Shown: positions 1 through 8,756, counted from the first letter of the stretch. The stretch: DNA of 64,000 nt from Rhodospirillales bacterium (GCA_965207535.1 CBDBMR010000008.1:8-64007), one strand, 5' to 3'. Program-made: numbers and translations. The notes: generated by a model not told the origin, from the sequence alone.

Positions 1-1
1 C

Positions 2-607
2 GCGGCCGGTTGGCGGCTCGCCAAGGGCGAGGGCCGGGCGCTGAGGCGGGCGTTCGACGCGGTGGCCGCCGCCGGGAGTTCGATCGACTGTCTCGGGATC
101 ATGCCGGGCCGGACCCGGAGAGAGTTCAAGGTCAATAGCCGGGCCATGACGTCCGAACGCGCGCTGACGGCCCTCGAGGAACTGGGATGGACGGGGCCGG
201 CCGGCGAGGTCGCGGCGTTCCTGGCGCGGTTCGACGGGCTGTTCCGGTCACTGCGGCTTGCCATCGGCGTTACAGCCGGCGGTGTCTCGCCGCGTATCGG
301 ACTCGAGCTGTTCCAGGGCGAGCCCGGATCCCTGAGCCAGCCGGGGGCGGGCGGGTGGCTGCCCTTTCTGGCCGCGCTGTGCGAGGACGGGTTGTGCCTG
401 CCGCACAAGATGGACGGGCTGCTGGCTTGGCCCGGACGGGAGCTGGTGTTCCGTGGACGGGATACATTCGGCGTGTTGACGGGCATCGGCCACGTGAAGG
501 TTTCTTTCGAGGAGCGGAAAGGCGGAGCCGCGATCATGGCCAAGGCCTATCCGGCCGCCGGATATCTCCCGTTCGAGACGATCGAGTCGCGGTTCGCCTT
601 GCGATGA
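2..607 (+). CDS. 5'-partial paralog of 1047-2150; putative RiPP-associated (ABBA prenyltransferase-like?) protein
   Basis: Frame open from base 2. Shares AAGW, P-x-IGLEL, W..L..L...GLC.P and HVK....AKAY motifs with the 1047-2150 protein. Fold assignment is inference. Confidence 0.55.
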   Translation, partial: AAGWRLAKGEGRALRRAFDAVAAAGSSIDCLGIMPGRTRREFKVNSRAMTSERALTALEELGWTGPAGEVAAFLARFDGLFRSLRLAIGVTAGGVSPRIGLELFQGEPGSLSQPGAGGWLPFLAALCEDGLCLPHKMDGLLAWPGRELVFRGRDTFGVLTGIGHVKVSFEERKGGAAIMAKAYPAAGYLPFETIESRFALR

Positions 608-620
608 CCCTTCGGGGTCA
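605..620. terminator. Short UUCG hairpin between convergent genes
   Basis: TGACCC-TTCG-GGGTCA; the two arms contain the TGA stops of the two convergent ORFs. Confidence 0.35.
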
Positions 621-1037
621 CGACAGTTGCCGGCGTACCAAGTCGCGAAAGGGCCCGTCGGCGTCTGCCAACTCGTCGAACCCGCCAACCTGAACGACTT
701 TCCCGGCGTCGAGCACATAGATGCGGTCGGCCCCGCGTATCGTCGATACCCGATCTCCTTCGCTGGCCGATAGTTCGGCAACCGTCCCGGAAAATGCTGA
801 CAGAACCGTATGCCGTTCCCCGGACAGGACCAGCAAGCCGTCCGACCGCAGTGTCCGTTCCACGCTGCCGAATGCGCCCCAAATTACTATCGCCGCGAGT
901 ATCAGCCCAAGGCACGCGAGCACGGCCCACTCGCGCGGAGCGGTCAACTCCGCGCGCTCGTCAAGCGGCTCCAGATGGGCGCTGCGGACGATCGCTTCTT
1001 CTCGAAACCGGTTACCGCCGAATTCCGCCATGAGCAC
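618..1037 (-). pseudogene. Chimeric remnant: N-terminus of NHLP-system HlyD secretion protein fused in frame to C-terminus of an ABC transporter ATPase
   Basis: N-part FREEA...LDE...P.EW-TM-GSV...G.L...V.S.FSGTV...EGDRV is HlyD-like. C-part STIRGADRIYVLDAGKVVQVGGFDEL...GPFRDLVRRQL is the ABC tail after the H-loop. Confidence 0.75.
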
Positions 1038-1046
1038 CTTCCTTGG

Positions 1047-2150
1047 TCACGGCAGCCGACGAAGAACACAGGCAATGTAAGCCTTCGCCGCCAAAGCACG
1101 GTCAGCGGCACCGCTTCCGGAAATCGGAAGGGCGATCTTGAGGTGGTGGATGCCGCAGTGAAGCTCCGAAACTCCGTCGCGCGAAAAGATTCGCTCGCTG
1201 AGGGTCACACGGCCCAGCGCCGCGGCCCGTTGGGGCTGGCACCAGCGCTCATGCACCATCATGTCGAGCGCTTTATTCCAATCGCCGCCGGCCGGCTCCG
1301 GCCGGGACAATTCCAGGCCGATCCCCGGCGACACGCGCCCCTCGGCGATATCGAGCGCAAGAACATGGTTGTCCACGCCGCAGGAACGGAAAACCGAAAT
1401 CACCCTGTCGACGGCCGACGCATCGCCGCCCCAGCCGATCCGGGACAGGAACCCCGCGCTGCCCTCTCCGAGGCCCCTAATCAGAAGCCGCACCGCTCGC
1501 CTACTCCGATCCGGAAACCCGCCCGCCCAACGAATCGCCGCGCCCCTGGGCAGGGCGGTGAGGATGCGGGCAACCCCGCTCCGCTCGGTCAATGTTTCGC
1601 TCCAGCCGGCAGCCAGCGCGATCGCCCCGGTCAGAACACCGGCGTCTTCGTGCCCGCTCTCGGCAACGCTCCGAATGAAAACCCCCGGCGCTGAATCATT
1701 CTCCACACCGGCCATGTCATATTCGAGCGCCACGAGATCGACGGCGGCCGCCAACGGAGAGCCTTGGCGCCGCATCTCATGCAGGAAACGAGCGAGCCCG
1801 GCCGGCTTCGTTCTCCCCGCGCCGCCGCCACGGGCGAGCCAGCGGGCGAACGGTGAATTCGGGGGAACGGAGAGCAGCAGATCGGCCTGGGCCTCCTCTT
1901 GGCCGAGACGGCACTCGAAGCCGAACATCGCGTCGGCGGCCGACGGCGGCAATCTCCCGGCCCGGGCGAGTAATCGGTCCCAGCCGCGATCGTCGATCAA
2001 TGCATCCGGCAGAACAGAACGAACAGGAATGAGGATATCGGCGAGACTCGCCGCATCTCCGGCTTGCGCCGATTCGCACCAAGCGGGAAGGGGCGCCGTC
2101 CCGGTCGCCTCCGCCGTCCTTATCGCCGCAACGCTCGTATGGTGGCTCAA
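1047..2150 (-). CDS. Putative RiPP-modifying enzyme (ABBA prenyltransferase-like?)
   Basis: 367 aa, directly downstream of the NHLP precursor. Motifs FGFECRL, LEYD, PGVF, IGLEL, HHLKI...AKAY. Function inferred. Confidence 0.5.
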   Translation of the reverse strand: MSHHTSVAAIRTAEATGTAPLPAWCESAQAGDAASLADILIPVRSVLPDALIDDRGWDRLLARAGRLPPSAADAMFGFECRLGQEEAQADLLLSVPPNSPFARWLARGGGAGRTKPAGLARFLHEMRRQGSPLAAAVDLVALEYDMAGVENDSAPGVFIRSVAESGHEDAGVLTGAIALAAGWSETLTERSGVARILTALPRGAAIRWAGGFPDRSRRAVRLLIRGLGEGSAGFLSRIGWGGDASAVDRVISVFRSCGVDNHVLALDIAEGRVSPGIGLELSRPEPAGGDWNKALDMMVHERWCQPQRAAALGRVTLSERIFSRDGVSELHCGIHHLKIALPISGSGAADRALAAKAYIACVLRRLP

Positions 2151-2174
2151 TTGAGTCCCGACCCTAGTGCGCGA

Positions 2175-2447
2175 TCAGTAGTACGCACCGGATGCGGCCT
2201 GCAGTTCGGCCTCTGTCAACTTCTTGGAACGCGGCAGCACAAGGTGGGCCGTCGTCAAGTCATCCTCGTGCACATGGAGGTTCAGGTTTTCCGGCAGGTC
2301 GAGACCGTAGTCTTCGCGAAGGGTTGCTTTCGGATCCGCCAGCAGCCGTGCGCGGAACTCGTCGTCTTCTCCCGCCTGAGCGATCAACTGATCCCGGAGT
2401 TCCGATGCCGTCATTGCACCGCGGGTTGTATCGATCGATCTAACCAT
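2175..2447 (-). CDS. NHLP (nitrile hydratase-like leader) RiPP precursor with (A)YY core
   Basis: LIAQAGEDDEFRARLLADPKA...LPENLNLHVHED...HLVLP...LTEAELQAASGA-YY*; RBS AGGAG upstream. Confidence 0.85.
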   Translation of the reverse strand: MVRSIDTTRGAMTASELRDQLIAQAGEDDEFRARLLADPKATLREDYGLDLPENLNLHVHEDDLTTAHLVLPRSKKLTEAELQAASGAYY

Positions 2448-2679
2448 AGGTATTCTCCTCGCCTAAAGTAGAACCGGAATACGAGTTGCGATGATACCAC
2501 AGCGACGGGAGGCCGAAAACCCGGTTCGCGTATCGCGCGACGGCGCAGGCACCATGCATTCTACACCGCAATATGCGGCCTGGCGCCTCGGTGTTGCCGC
2601 GCGGCTTGCCCGTCCTTTCGGTTGCGCATTACTATTTCCGGTGAGACTTTTGTGCGGTGAACCCCGAGACGGAGTGCGG

Positions 2680-3945
2680 ATGCCGGAACGAGGCGCGACA
2701 AGGTTCGAGGAGTTGATCGCCGCCCATGCCGGGCCCTCGCACGGCTCGCCGCTCGCCGGTTACTTTGCCGATCCCTACCGGTTCTTCGAATGGGCGAGGG
2801 CCGAGGCGCCCGTTCTGCACGTTCCCGAGGTCGACTGGTGGGCCTTTGCCCGTTTCCACGACATCCGCTCCATATTCAGGGACCCGGAAACCTTCTCCTC
2901 CGCCAACGTTCGCCAGCCCGTGGCGCCGCTATGCCAAGAGGCGAGAGAAATCTACGAAGCGGCCGGCGTCAGGCTCGAGCCAACGTTGGCGGATGAGGAG
3001 CCCGGCGATCACCGCCGCCACCGGCGCATCTTCGGCAAGGGCCTTGCCGCGCACCGGATCGAGCGGCTCGAGCCGAAAATCCGTGCGATAATCTCCCGGG
3101 AAATCGACCGCTTCGCCGATGACGGGCGCGCGGACCTCCTTGCCCAGTTCCTGCAGCCGGCCGCAAGCAGGATGACGTTCCATCTTCTCGGCGGCGACGA
3201 CGATGCGTTCAATCTTGCCGACTGGCCCGGTGGAATGCGCCGCGTCGAAATATTGGGAGACTTGACGCAAGCAGCGCAGGTCTCCCTGGTGGAAATGATC
3301 GTGCGGCTCTGGTCCTTCAGCGGCAGACTGGTCGAGGCCGCAATCGAGAACCCCGGCGACAATTATCTCGGGGATGCGGTGCGGATGCGCCGCGCCGATC
3401 CCTCGCTGTTCACGGTCAACTATCTCCACAACATCGCGTTCCTGTTGCAGACCGCAGGGGCGGACAATCAGAGTCAGTCGCTCGCCCACGGCATCCACGC
3501 CATGTTGTCGGAGCGAACGCCTTGGCGGCGGCTTTGCGCCGACCCCGGCCTCATCCCCAACGCGGTCGAGGAAATCCTTCGCCTCGGCACGCCCCTCCTC
3601 GCGTTTCCGAGACTTGCGACCCGGGACGCCGAGATCGGCGGTGCGAAAATTCCCGCCGGAGCCAGGATGCTGCTGCTGCTTGCCTCCGGCAACCGCGACG
3701 AAACCGTGTTTCCCGACGGCGGCACCCTGGACATCGACCGCCACAACGCCCGGGACCATCTCTCGTTCGGACACGGTGCCCACTTCTGCCTCGGCGCGCC
3801 GCTCGCCCGGCTCGAAATGAGAATCATCCTGGAGGAGCTGACGCGCCGCCTGCCCCGCCTCCGGCTTGCGGGCAATGGACCGCCGGACGTCTTCCGGACC
3901 TTCACCTTCAGGGGGCTGAAGCACCTCACCGTCGAGTGGGGGTGA
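2680..3945 (+). CDS. Cytochrome P450 (CYP116-heme-domain-like, no fused reductase)
   Basis: EEILR (ExxR) and FGHGAHFCLG heme motif. ATG 2680 after GGAG is preferred over 2491. Confidence 0.9.
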   Translation: MPERGATRFEELIAAHAGPSHGSPLAGYFADPYRFFEWARAEAPVLHVPEVDWWAFARFHDIRSIFRDPETFSSANVRQPVAPLCQEAREIYEAAGVRLEPTLADEEPGDHRRHRRIFGKGLAAHRIERLEPKIRAIISREIDRFADDGRADLLAQFLQPAASRMTFHLLGGDDDAFNLADWPGGMRRVEILGDLTQAAQVSLVEMIVRLWSFSGRLVEAAIENPGDNYLGDAVRMRRADPSLFTVNYLHNIAFLLQTAGADNQSQSLAHGIHAMLSERTPWRRLCADPGLIPNAVEEILRLGTPLLAFPRLATRDAEIGGAKIPAGARMLLLLASGNRDETVFPDGGTLDIDRHNARDHLSFGHGAHFCLGAPLARLEMRIILEELTRRLPRLRLAGNGPPDVFRTFTFRGLKHLTVEWG

Positions 3946-4017
3946 CGTCCTCAAGCCGTCCGCCGGGCACTAGGGAAGCCTGCCTCCACACTCACCTTCC
4001 GAGTGCGGCCGAGACGG

Positions 4018-4896
4018 CTATTGCGGTACCGGCCGAATCGCGGAAATGAACCGGTATGTGAACAGGCCTTCCGACAATCCCTCGGCGTAGGCGACCGATG
4101 CGTCCATGAACTCCTGAAAGGCGGGATTCGTCTCGCGAATCTGCGGATTCAGGAACGAAACCGACAGGAAGCTCCGCCGAATCCGGTCCGTCGACGGCAG
4201 TGCCTGGGCGGAAAGATCCTGTTCGACGATTCCCGTAAAGCCCGCTTCCTCGACCATTGCCAACACATCGGGCCACGACTCTATGGAGGGCAAGCGCCAG
4301 TTGCGCTCCACCGCGGCAACCAGCGCAGCATGCCGCTCCGATCTCGGCCCATTCTCCTTCAGCAACTCGGCTTCGAGGACCTGCCAGCGGCCTTCCGGCT
4401 TGAGAACCCGGTAGACGCCCCGCAGATAGGCGGGCTTGTCGACGGCGTAACAGAAGGATTCGTGATTCAGGACCGCATCGAAACCGGCGTCCGGGAACGG
4501 CAGGTCCATGAAGTCCCCGTGCCGGAACGCCACCAGATGGCCGACGCCGCGGTCGTGCGCCTTTCGCGCCGCCACCGCAACATGGGGCTCGCAGTTCGTC
4601 AAGCCGGTGACCCTCACGCCGTAGGTTTCGGCCAGGAAGATCGCCGTGCCGCCCACGCCGCAGCCGGCGTCCAGCACGTGCTGCCCCGGGCCGAGCCGGC
4701 ATCCCTGAACCAAAGTGCGGTTGGCGCGGTCAAGGCCTTCCGTGTTTGTCTGGGTGTCCGGCCCCCAAAGTCCCCGGTGAATCGACAGATGCTCGGGGTT
4801 CTTGGTCAACACGAGCTCGGTCAGGCCCGCATAGAGATCGGATACCGACCTCCCCGCTTCCGTTCGACCGGACGAAGGCGTCCCGCCAGGCCCCAT
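4018..4896 (-). CDS. Class I SAM-dependent methyltransferase (tocopherol/sterol C-MT-like)
   Basis: IHRGLW, VLDAGCGVGG, GDFMDLPF, FDAV, RVLKP.G. Confidence 0.88.
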   Translation of the reverse strand: MGPGGTPSSGRTEAGRSVSDLYAGLTELVLTKNPEHLSIHRGLWGPDTQTNTEGLDRANRTLVQGCRLGPGQHVLDAGCGVGGTAIFLAETYGVRVTGLTNCEPHVAVAARKAHDRGVGHLVAFRHGDFMDLPFPDAGFDAVLNHESFCYAVDKPAYLRGVYRVLKPEGRWQVLEAELLKENGPRSERHAALVAAVERNWRLPSIESWPDVLAMVEEAGFTGIVEQDLSAQALPSTDRIRRSFLSVSFLNPQIRETNPAFQEFMDASVAYAEGLSEGLFTYRFISAIRPVPQ

Positions 4897-5094
4897 TCAT
4901 CCTCTCCTCATTAAGGCCCGGCCGTATATCACCGGCGCCCCTCGCACGCGGGCAGTTTGAATGGTATCACAGCGTCCATGCGCATTGCCATTGTTCCCGA
5001 TTTAGACCCATAGTTGAATTGACGGGCATGGCGATGGTTGCTCTGCCCTGGACGATCCTGCGATACCTCAAGGCCTTCCGCCCGGAGAAAACGA

Positions 5095-5967
5095 ATGAGC
5101 CACGGCCAAAGAGATTGGTCCGAAGGAACGGAAGCGGGGAGGCCGGTATCCGAACTCTACGCCGCGCTGACCGATCTCATGTCGATGGAGGGATCGGAAC
5201 GGCTGTCGATTCATCGCGGCCTTTGGGGGCCGGATACCAGGACGGACGAAGAAGCTCTGGACCGCGCCAAACGCACCTTGGTTCAGGGATGCCGGCTCGG
5301 CCCGGGCCGGCATGTGCTGGATGCCGGCTGCGGCGTGGGCGGCACGGCGATCTTCCTGGCCGAGGCCCATGGCGTACGGGTCACCGGCTTGACGAACTGC
5401 GAGCCGCAAGTTGCGGTGGCGGCACGGAAGGCGCGCGAGCGCGGCGTCGGCCATCTGGTGGAGTTCCGGCACGGGGACTTCATGGACCTGCCGTTCGCCG
5501 ACGCCACCTTCGATATCGTGCTGAACCACGAGTCCCTCTGTTATGCCGTCGACAAGCCCGCCTATCTGCGGGGCGTTTACCGGGTGCTCAAGCCGGGAGG
5601 GCGCTGGCGGTCCCTCGACGCGGACCTGGCGAACCGGAACGAGCCTGTGACGGAACGGCTGGACGCGCTGCTCGCCGCCCTGGAGTGGAACTGGCGCTTG
5701 CCTCCCTACCGGTCGTGGCGCGATGTGCTGTCCATGGTCGAGGAGGCGGGCTTCACCACGATCGAGGCGCAGGATCTCACCAGCGAAGCGCTGCCGTCGA
5801 CGGACCGGATCCGGCGGCGGTACCTGTTGCTTTCTTTTCTGAATCCGCAAATTCGCGACATTAATCCCGCTTTCCAGGAAGCCATGGATGGATCGGTTTG
5901 CTTCGCCGACGGATTGTCGGAAGGCCTGTTCAAGTACCGGCTCATTTCCGCAACGCGCCCTACGTGA
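5095..5967 (+). CDS. Class I SAM-dependent methyltransferase, close paralog of 4018-4896
   Basis: Same motifs with long identical stretches. ATG 5095 follows GGAG. Confidence 0.88.
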   Translation: MSHGQRDWSEGTEAGRPVSELYAALTDLMSMEGSERLSIHRGLWGPDTRTDEEALDRAKRTLVQGCRLGPGRHVLDAGCGVGGTAIFLAEAHGVRVTGLTNCEPQVAVAARKARERGVGHLVEFRHGDFMDLPFADATFDIVLNHESLCYAVDKPAYLRGVYRVLKPGGRWRSLDADLANRNEPVTERLDALLAALEWNWRLPPYRSWRDVLSMVEEAGFTTIEAQDLTSEALPSTDRIRRRYLLLSFLNPQIRDINPAFQEAMDGSVCFADGLSEGLFKYRLISATRPT

Positions 5968-6202
5968 CAGTAGACCGGGCAGCGGTGGATGGTGGTCGAC
6001 ATGGCCGCCCGGAAATTTTTGGCAATTTGGGGCAAGAATCCCGCCGAGAGATGGTCTCTCTACGGAAGTTCCAAGAAGTAGACTTACCACATTGTACCAG
6101 TCTCCCTTCGCTCCTGCAGAGCCTCGGGAGACACTCCCACGCCTAAACGCCTTCGACCGCCAAGCCAGGGTGGCCTGCCGCCCGAAGCCCGGAGGCGTAG
6201 AG

Positions 6203-6279
6203 TGGTGGGCCTGGCAGGACTCGAACCTACAACCAGACCGTTATGAGCGGCCGGCTCTAACCAATTGAGCTACAGGCCC
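6203..6279 (-). tRNA. tRNA-Ile2 (anticodon CAT, lysidine-type)
   Basis: GGGCCTGTAGCTCAATTGGTTAGAGCCGGCCGCTCATAACGGTCTGGTTGTAGGTTCGAGTCCTGCCAGGCCCACCA. Full cloverleaf with CCA; ileX-like sequence, downstream of rpoD. Confidence 0.93.
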
Positions 6280-6369
6280 CACCGGGGTGGCAGAGCTTAT
6301 ACCAAGCGCGCCCGGCCGAATACAGATGTGGATTTCCATGCTTTATGGGTAAGAGCCCGACCCGCGGCT

Positions 6370-6744
6370 TCATTCGCCCAGCATGAAGCCCTTGGCGGCC
6401 TTGCCGGTGATGCCGGGTCCCTTGGTGAACATGAGCACCAGATTGTCGGGTCCGGGAGCATCGACGCCGTGCACGACGCCCGCCGGGATGAAGACGATGC
6501 TGCTCTTTTTCACCGGAATGTCGTCCTGGTCCTCGAAGGTGATCCAGCCGGAGCCGTCGATGACGTAGAAAATTTCGTCCTGCAAGGGGTGCTTGTGGAG
6601 CACGGTGGCCTGGCCCGGGACGTAACAGACGATTTCGCAAATCGCGCCCTTCGACTGGAGCACCTTCTTGCGGATCTGCTTGTCGCCGTTGAACTCGATC
6701 ATGTCCGAGACTTCGTGAAGTTCGACGGTTTCAGCGAGTGTCAT
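6370..6744 (-). CDS. Cupin domain protein
   Basis: HKHPLQDEIFYVIDGSG and FIPAGVVH cupin motifs; start MTLAETVE. Confidence 0.85.
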   Translation of the reverse strand: MTLAETVELHEVSDMIEFNGDKQIRKKVLQSKGAICEIVCYVPGQATVLHKHPLQDEIFYVIDGSGWITFEDQDDIPVKKSSIVFIPAGVVHGVDAPGPDNLVLMFTKGPGITGKAAKGFMLGE

Positions 6745-7435
6745 TTCGGTTCTCCGCGGCTGATACGGTTTGCCGCTTCCCGGCCTGGAATGCGGCCCGG
6801 AATGCGGCCTGAATGTCGGATGCCGGCGAGACCTTGCCCAGCAGCGCCCGGGTATTCTGCAAAGTCGCCTCATGCAGGGCCGGGGTATGGGAGGCGACGC
6901 AGTCCTCGGCGAGGACCACGTGGAAGCCCCGGTTATAGGCCTCGCGCAGCGTGGCCTCGACGCAGACGTTGGTCTGGACGCCGGCGAATATCAACGTCTC
7001 GATGCCCCGGGACCGGAGGTGCGCCTCGAAGTCCGGGTTGGTGAATGCCGAATAGCTGTGCTTGACGAATTGGGGCTCGCCGCTTGCCGGCTCGACCCCG
7101 AAGGGCTCATGGCCTTGGGTCCCCGGAACGCAGCAGCTCCGCTCGATCCCCGCCTCCCGCTTTCGCCGGAGGAACGTCGGCGGCACCAGCGCATCGTCGT
7201 AATTGGCGTAGATCCAAAGCACCTCTATGCCGCCCGCCCGGGCGCCGTCGATGAGGCCCTGCAATGCCGGGACGATGGCCCGGCACGGCGCCGGATCCAG
7301 GCCCAGGCCGGCCACGAAGCCATCGGCGGCGCAGAAATCCACCTGCATGTCGACCACCGCCAGCGCCGCCCGGGTCTCCGAGAGAAGCCCGAGCACCGGG
7401 TTGCCGGAGGCCGTATCTCGCACCTTCGCGTCCAT
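6731..7435 (-). CDS. Isochorismatase-family cysteine hydrolase
   Basis: VVDMQVDF, KHSYSAF, GVQTNVCVEAT (D-K-C triad). Confidence 0.88.
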   Translation of the reverse strand: MDAKVRDTASGNPVLGLLSETRAALAVVDMQVDFCAADGFVAGLGLDPAPCRAIVPALQGLIDGARAGGIEVLWIYANYDDALVPPTFLRRKREAGIERSCCVPGTQGHEPFGVEPASGEPQFVKHSYSAFTNPDFEAHLRSRGIETLIFAGVQTNVCVEATLREAYNRGFHVVLAEDCVASHTPALHEATLQNTRALLGKVSPASDIQAAFRAAFQAGKRQTVSAAENRNDTR

Positions 7436-8280
7436 CAGTGAATGGTATCCCACACCGTGCCGCCGATGCCGCAGCGCATCTCGGCGGAGGGAACGTAGAA
7501 GATGGACCGGGCCCTGGTGCCGCCGGCCGCCGCCATGGCGACCATCCAGGCCAGCAGCTCCGTGGTGCCGCCGCCGCCGGCCGCGTTCATTTTTTCCACC
7601 GTCGCCTCGCGGCACACCTTGCCGAGATCGCCCTCTTCGAGCAGCGCCATGAACCAGCGGTCGAAATCCTCGTCGAGGGTGAAGTAGCGGGGGCCGCCCG
7701 GCTCGTGGGACAGGCCGCCGGTTCCCATGACCGCGACCCGCATGCCGTCCGGCAGGTCTTCGCGGATCGTCCTCGCGATCACCTCGCCCGCGTGGACGCT
7801 GATTTCCGGGGTCGGCACCGGCGGGCTGATGCAGTTCATGTGGATCGGCACCAGCGGCACCGAGTGGTCGGGCGTCAGGTAGTGGAGCGGCACCGAAAAA
7901 TTGTCGTCGAACAGCAGGTCGTCCCGGCTGTCGAGGCTCAGGCCGGCCGCCTCCCCCGCCTTCACCAGGGCTTGCGCCACATGGGGATGCCCGTCGACCT
8001 CGTAGCCGTCCAGCGCCAGCCAGGACTTGAAGAACTCGGCAGGGCCCCGCCAGCGGGCCGCCGTGCCGACGCAGAAATCGGGCGGGTCGTGGAGCGGCTG
8101 GTTGAGCATGTGGTCATTGGCCACGCCGACGATCACGTCGGGCCTGGAGGCCTGGAGATGTTCCCGCATCTTCGCGTAACCGCCGACGATCTCGGCCTGC
8201 TCGTCGTCCGGGGCCGAGCCGAGCCAGCCGGTGCATCCGGGCGCATGGGCCAGCGCGATGACCGATACGATTTCCGCCAT
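7435..8280 (-). CDS. Class III extradiol ring-cleavage dioxygenase, LigB-like beta subunit
   Basis: AHAPG, PDVIVGVANDH, GTGGLSHEPGG, DEDFDRWF, GGTTE. Confidence 0.88.
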   Translation of the reverse strand: MAEIVSVIALAHAPGCTGWLGSAPDDEQAEIVGGYAKMREHLQASRPDVIVGVANDHMLNQPLHDPPDFCVGTAARWRGPAEFFKSWLALDGYEVDGHPHVAQALVKAGEAAGLSLDSRDDLLFDDNFSVPLHYLTPDHSVPLVPIHMNCISPPVPTPEISVHAGEVIARTIREDLPDGMRVAVMGTGGLSHEPGGPRYFTLDEDFDRWFMALLEEGDLGKVCREATVEKMNAAGGGGTTELLAWMVAMAAAGGTRARSIFYVPSAEMRCGIGGTVWDTIH

Positions 8281-8291
8281 CTCCCCCTCCT

Positions 8292-8609
8292 CTACGAACG
8301 CTTCCTGTGTTCGACGATCTGATCGCCGAAGGACCGCCTGTAGGCCTGGGCGGCGTCGCTCTTGCTGTCGTTGTCGGCCGAGCCGTGCACCAGGCGGGTC
8401 ACCTGGGGCAGGAAATAGGAATGCACCCCCATCTCGCCCAGCGTCACCACGTCGACCGCGCGCCAGGCGGCCCGCTCGGCGTCGCTCAATCCGTACTGTT
8501 CCATGACGTCTTCCATGCGCTCGGCGAAGCCGGTGTAGAGCGCCGGGTCGCGCCGGATCTCGAATATCAGCTTGTTCGACGGAAGATCGGGATCATATTC
8601 GTTTGCCAT
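8292..8609 (-). CDS. LigA-like small (alpha) subunit of extradiol dioxygenase
   Basis: NKLIFEI...YGLSDAERAAWRAVDVVTLGEMGVHSY; immediately upstream of the LigB-like gene. Confidence 0.75.
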   Translation of the reverse strand: MANEYDPDLPSNKLIFEIRRDPALYTGFAERMEDVMEQYGLSDAERAAWRAVDVVTLGEMGVHSYFLPQVTRLVHGSADNDSKSDAAQAYRRSFGDQIVEHRKRS

Positions 8610-8756
8610 ATCGCCAGCCTCCCCTACCGGCATTTCGCGCCAGTTTGGCACAGACCTTGGCCGAATGAAATTCCATACGGCATCGCCGAAATTGACGATG
8701 GTTTGCGAACGAAGAACCGGGTCGAGACCCGCGCTCGGCGATGGATGAACCGGCCG

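Noticed and set aside
6203-6279. tRNA-Met or tRNA-fMet call from the CAT anticodon
   Set aside because: Paired G1-C72, no triple G-C anticodon stem, and ileX-like sequence and location favour Ile2.
6779-6815. Short 12-bp tandem repeats (also in the carA N-terminus near 16806 and the Rid IEAQ repeat near 33319)
   Set aside because: In-frame slippage repeats in linker or terminal regions with no evidence of function.
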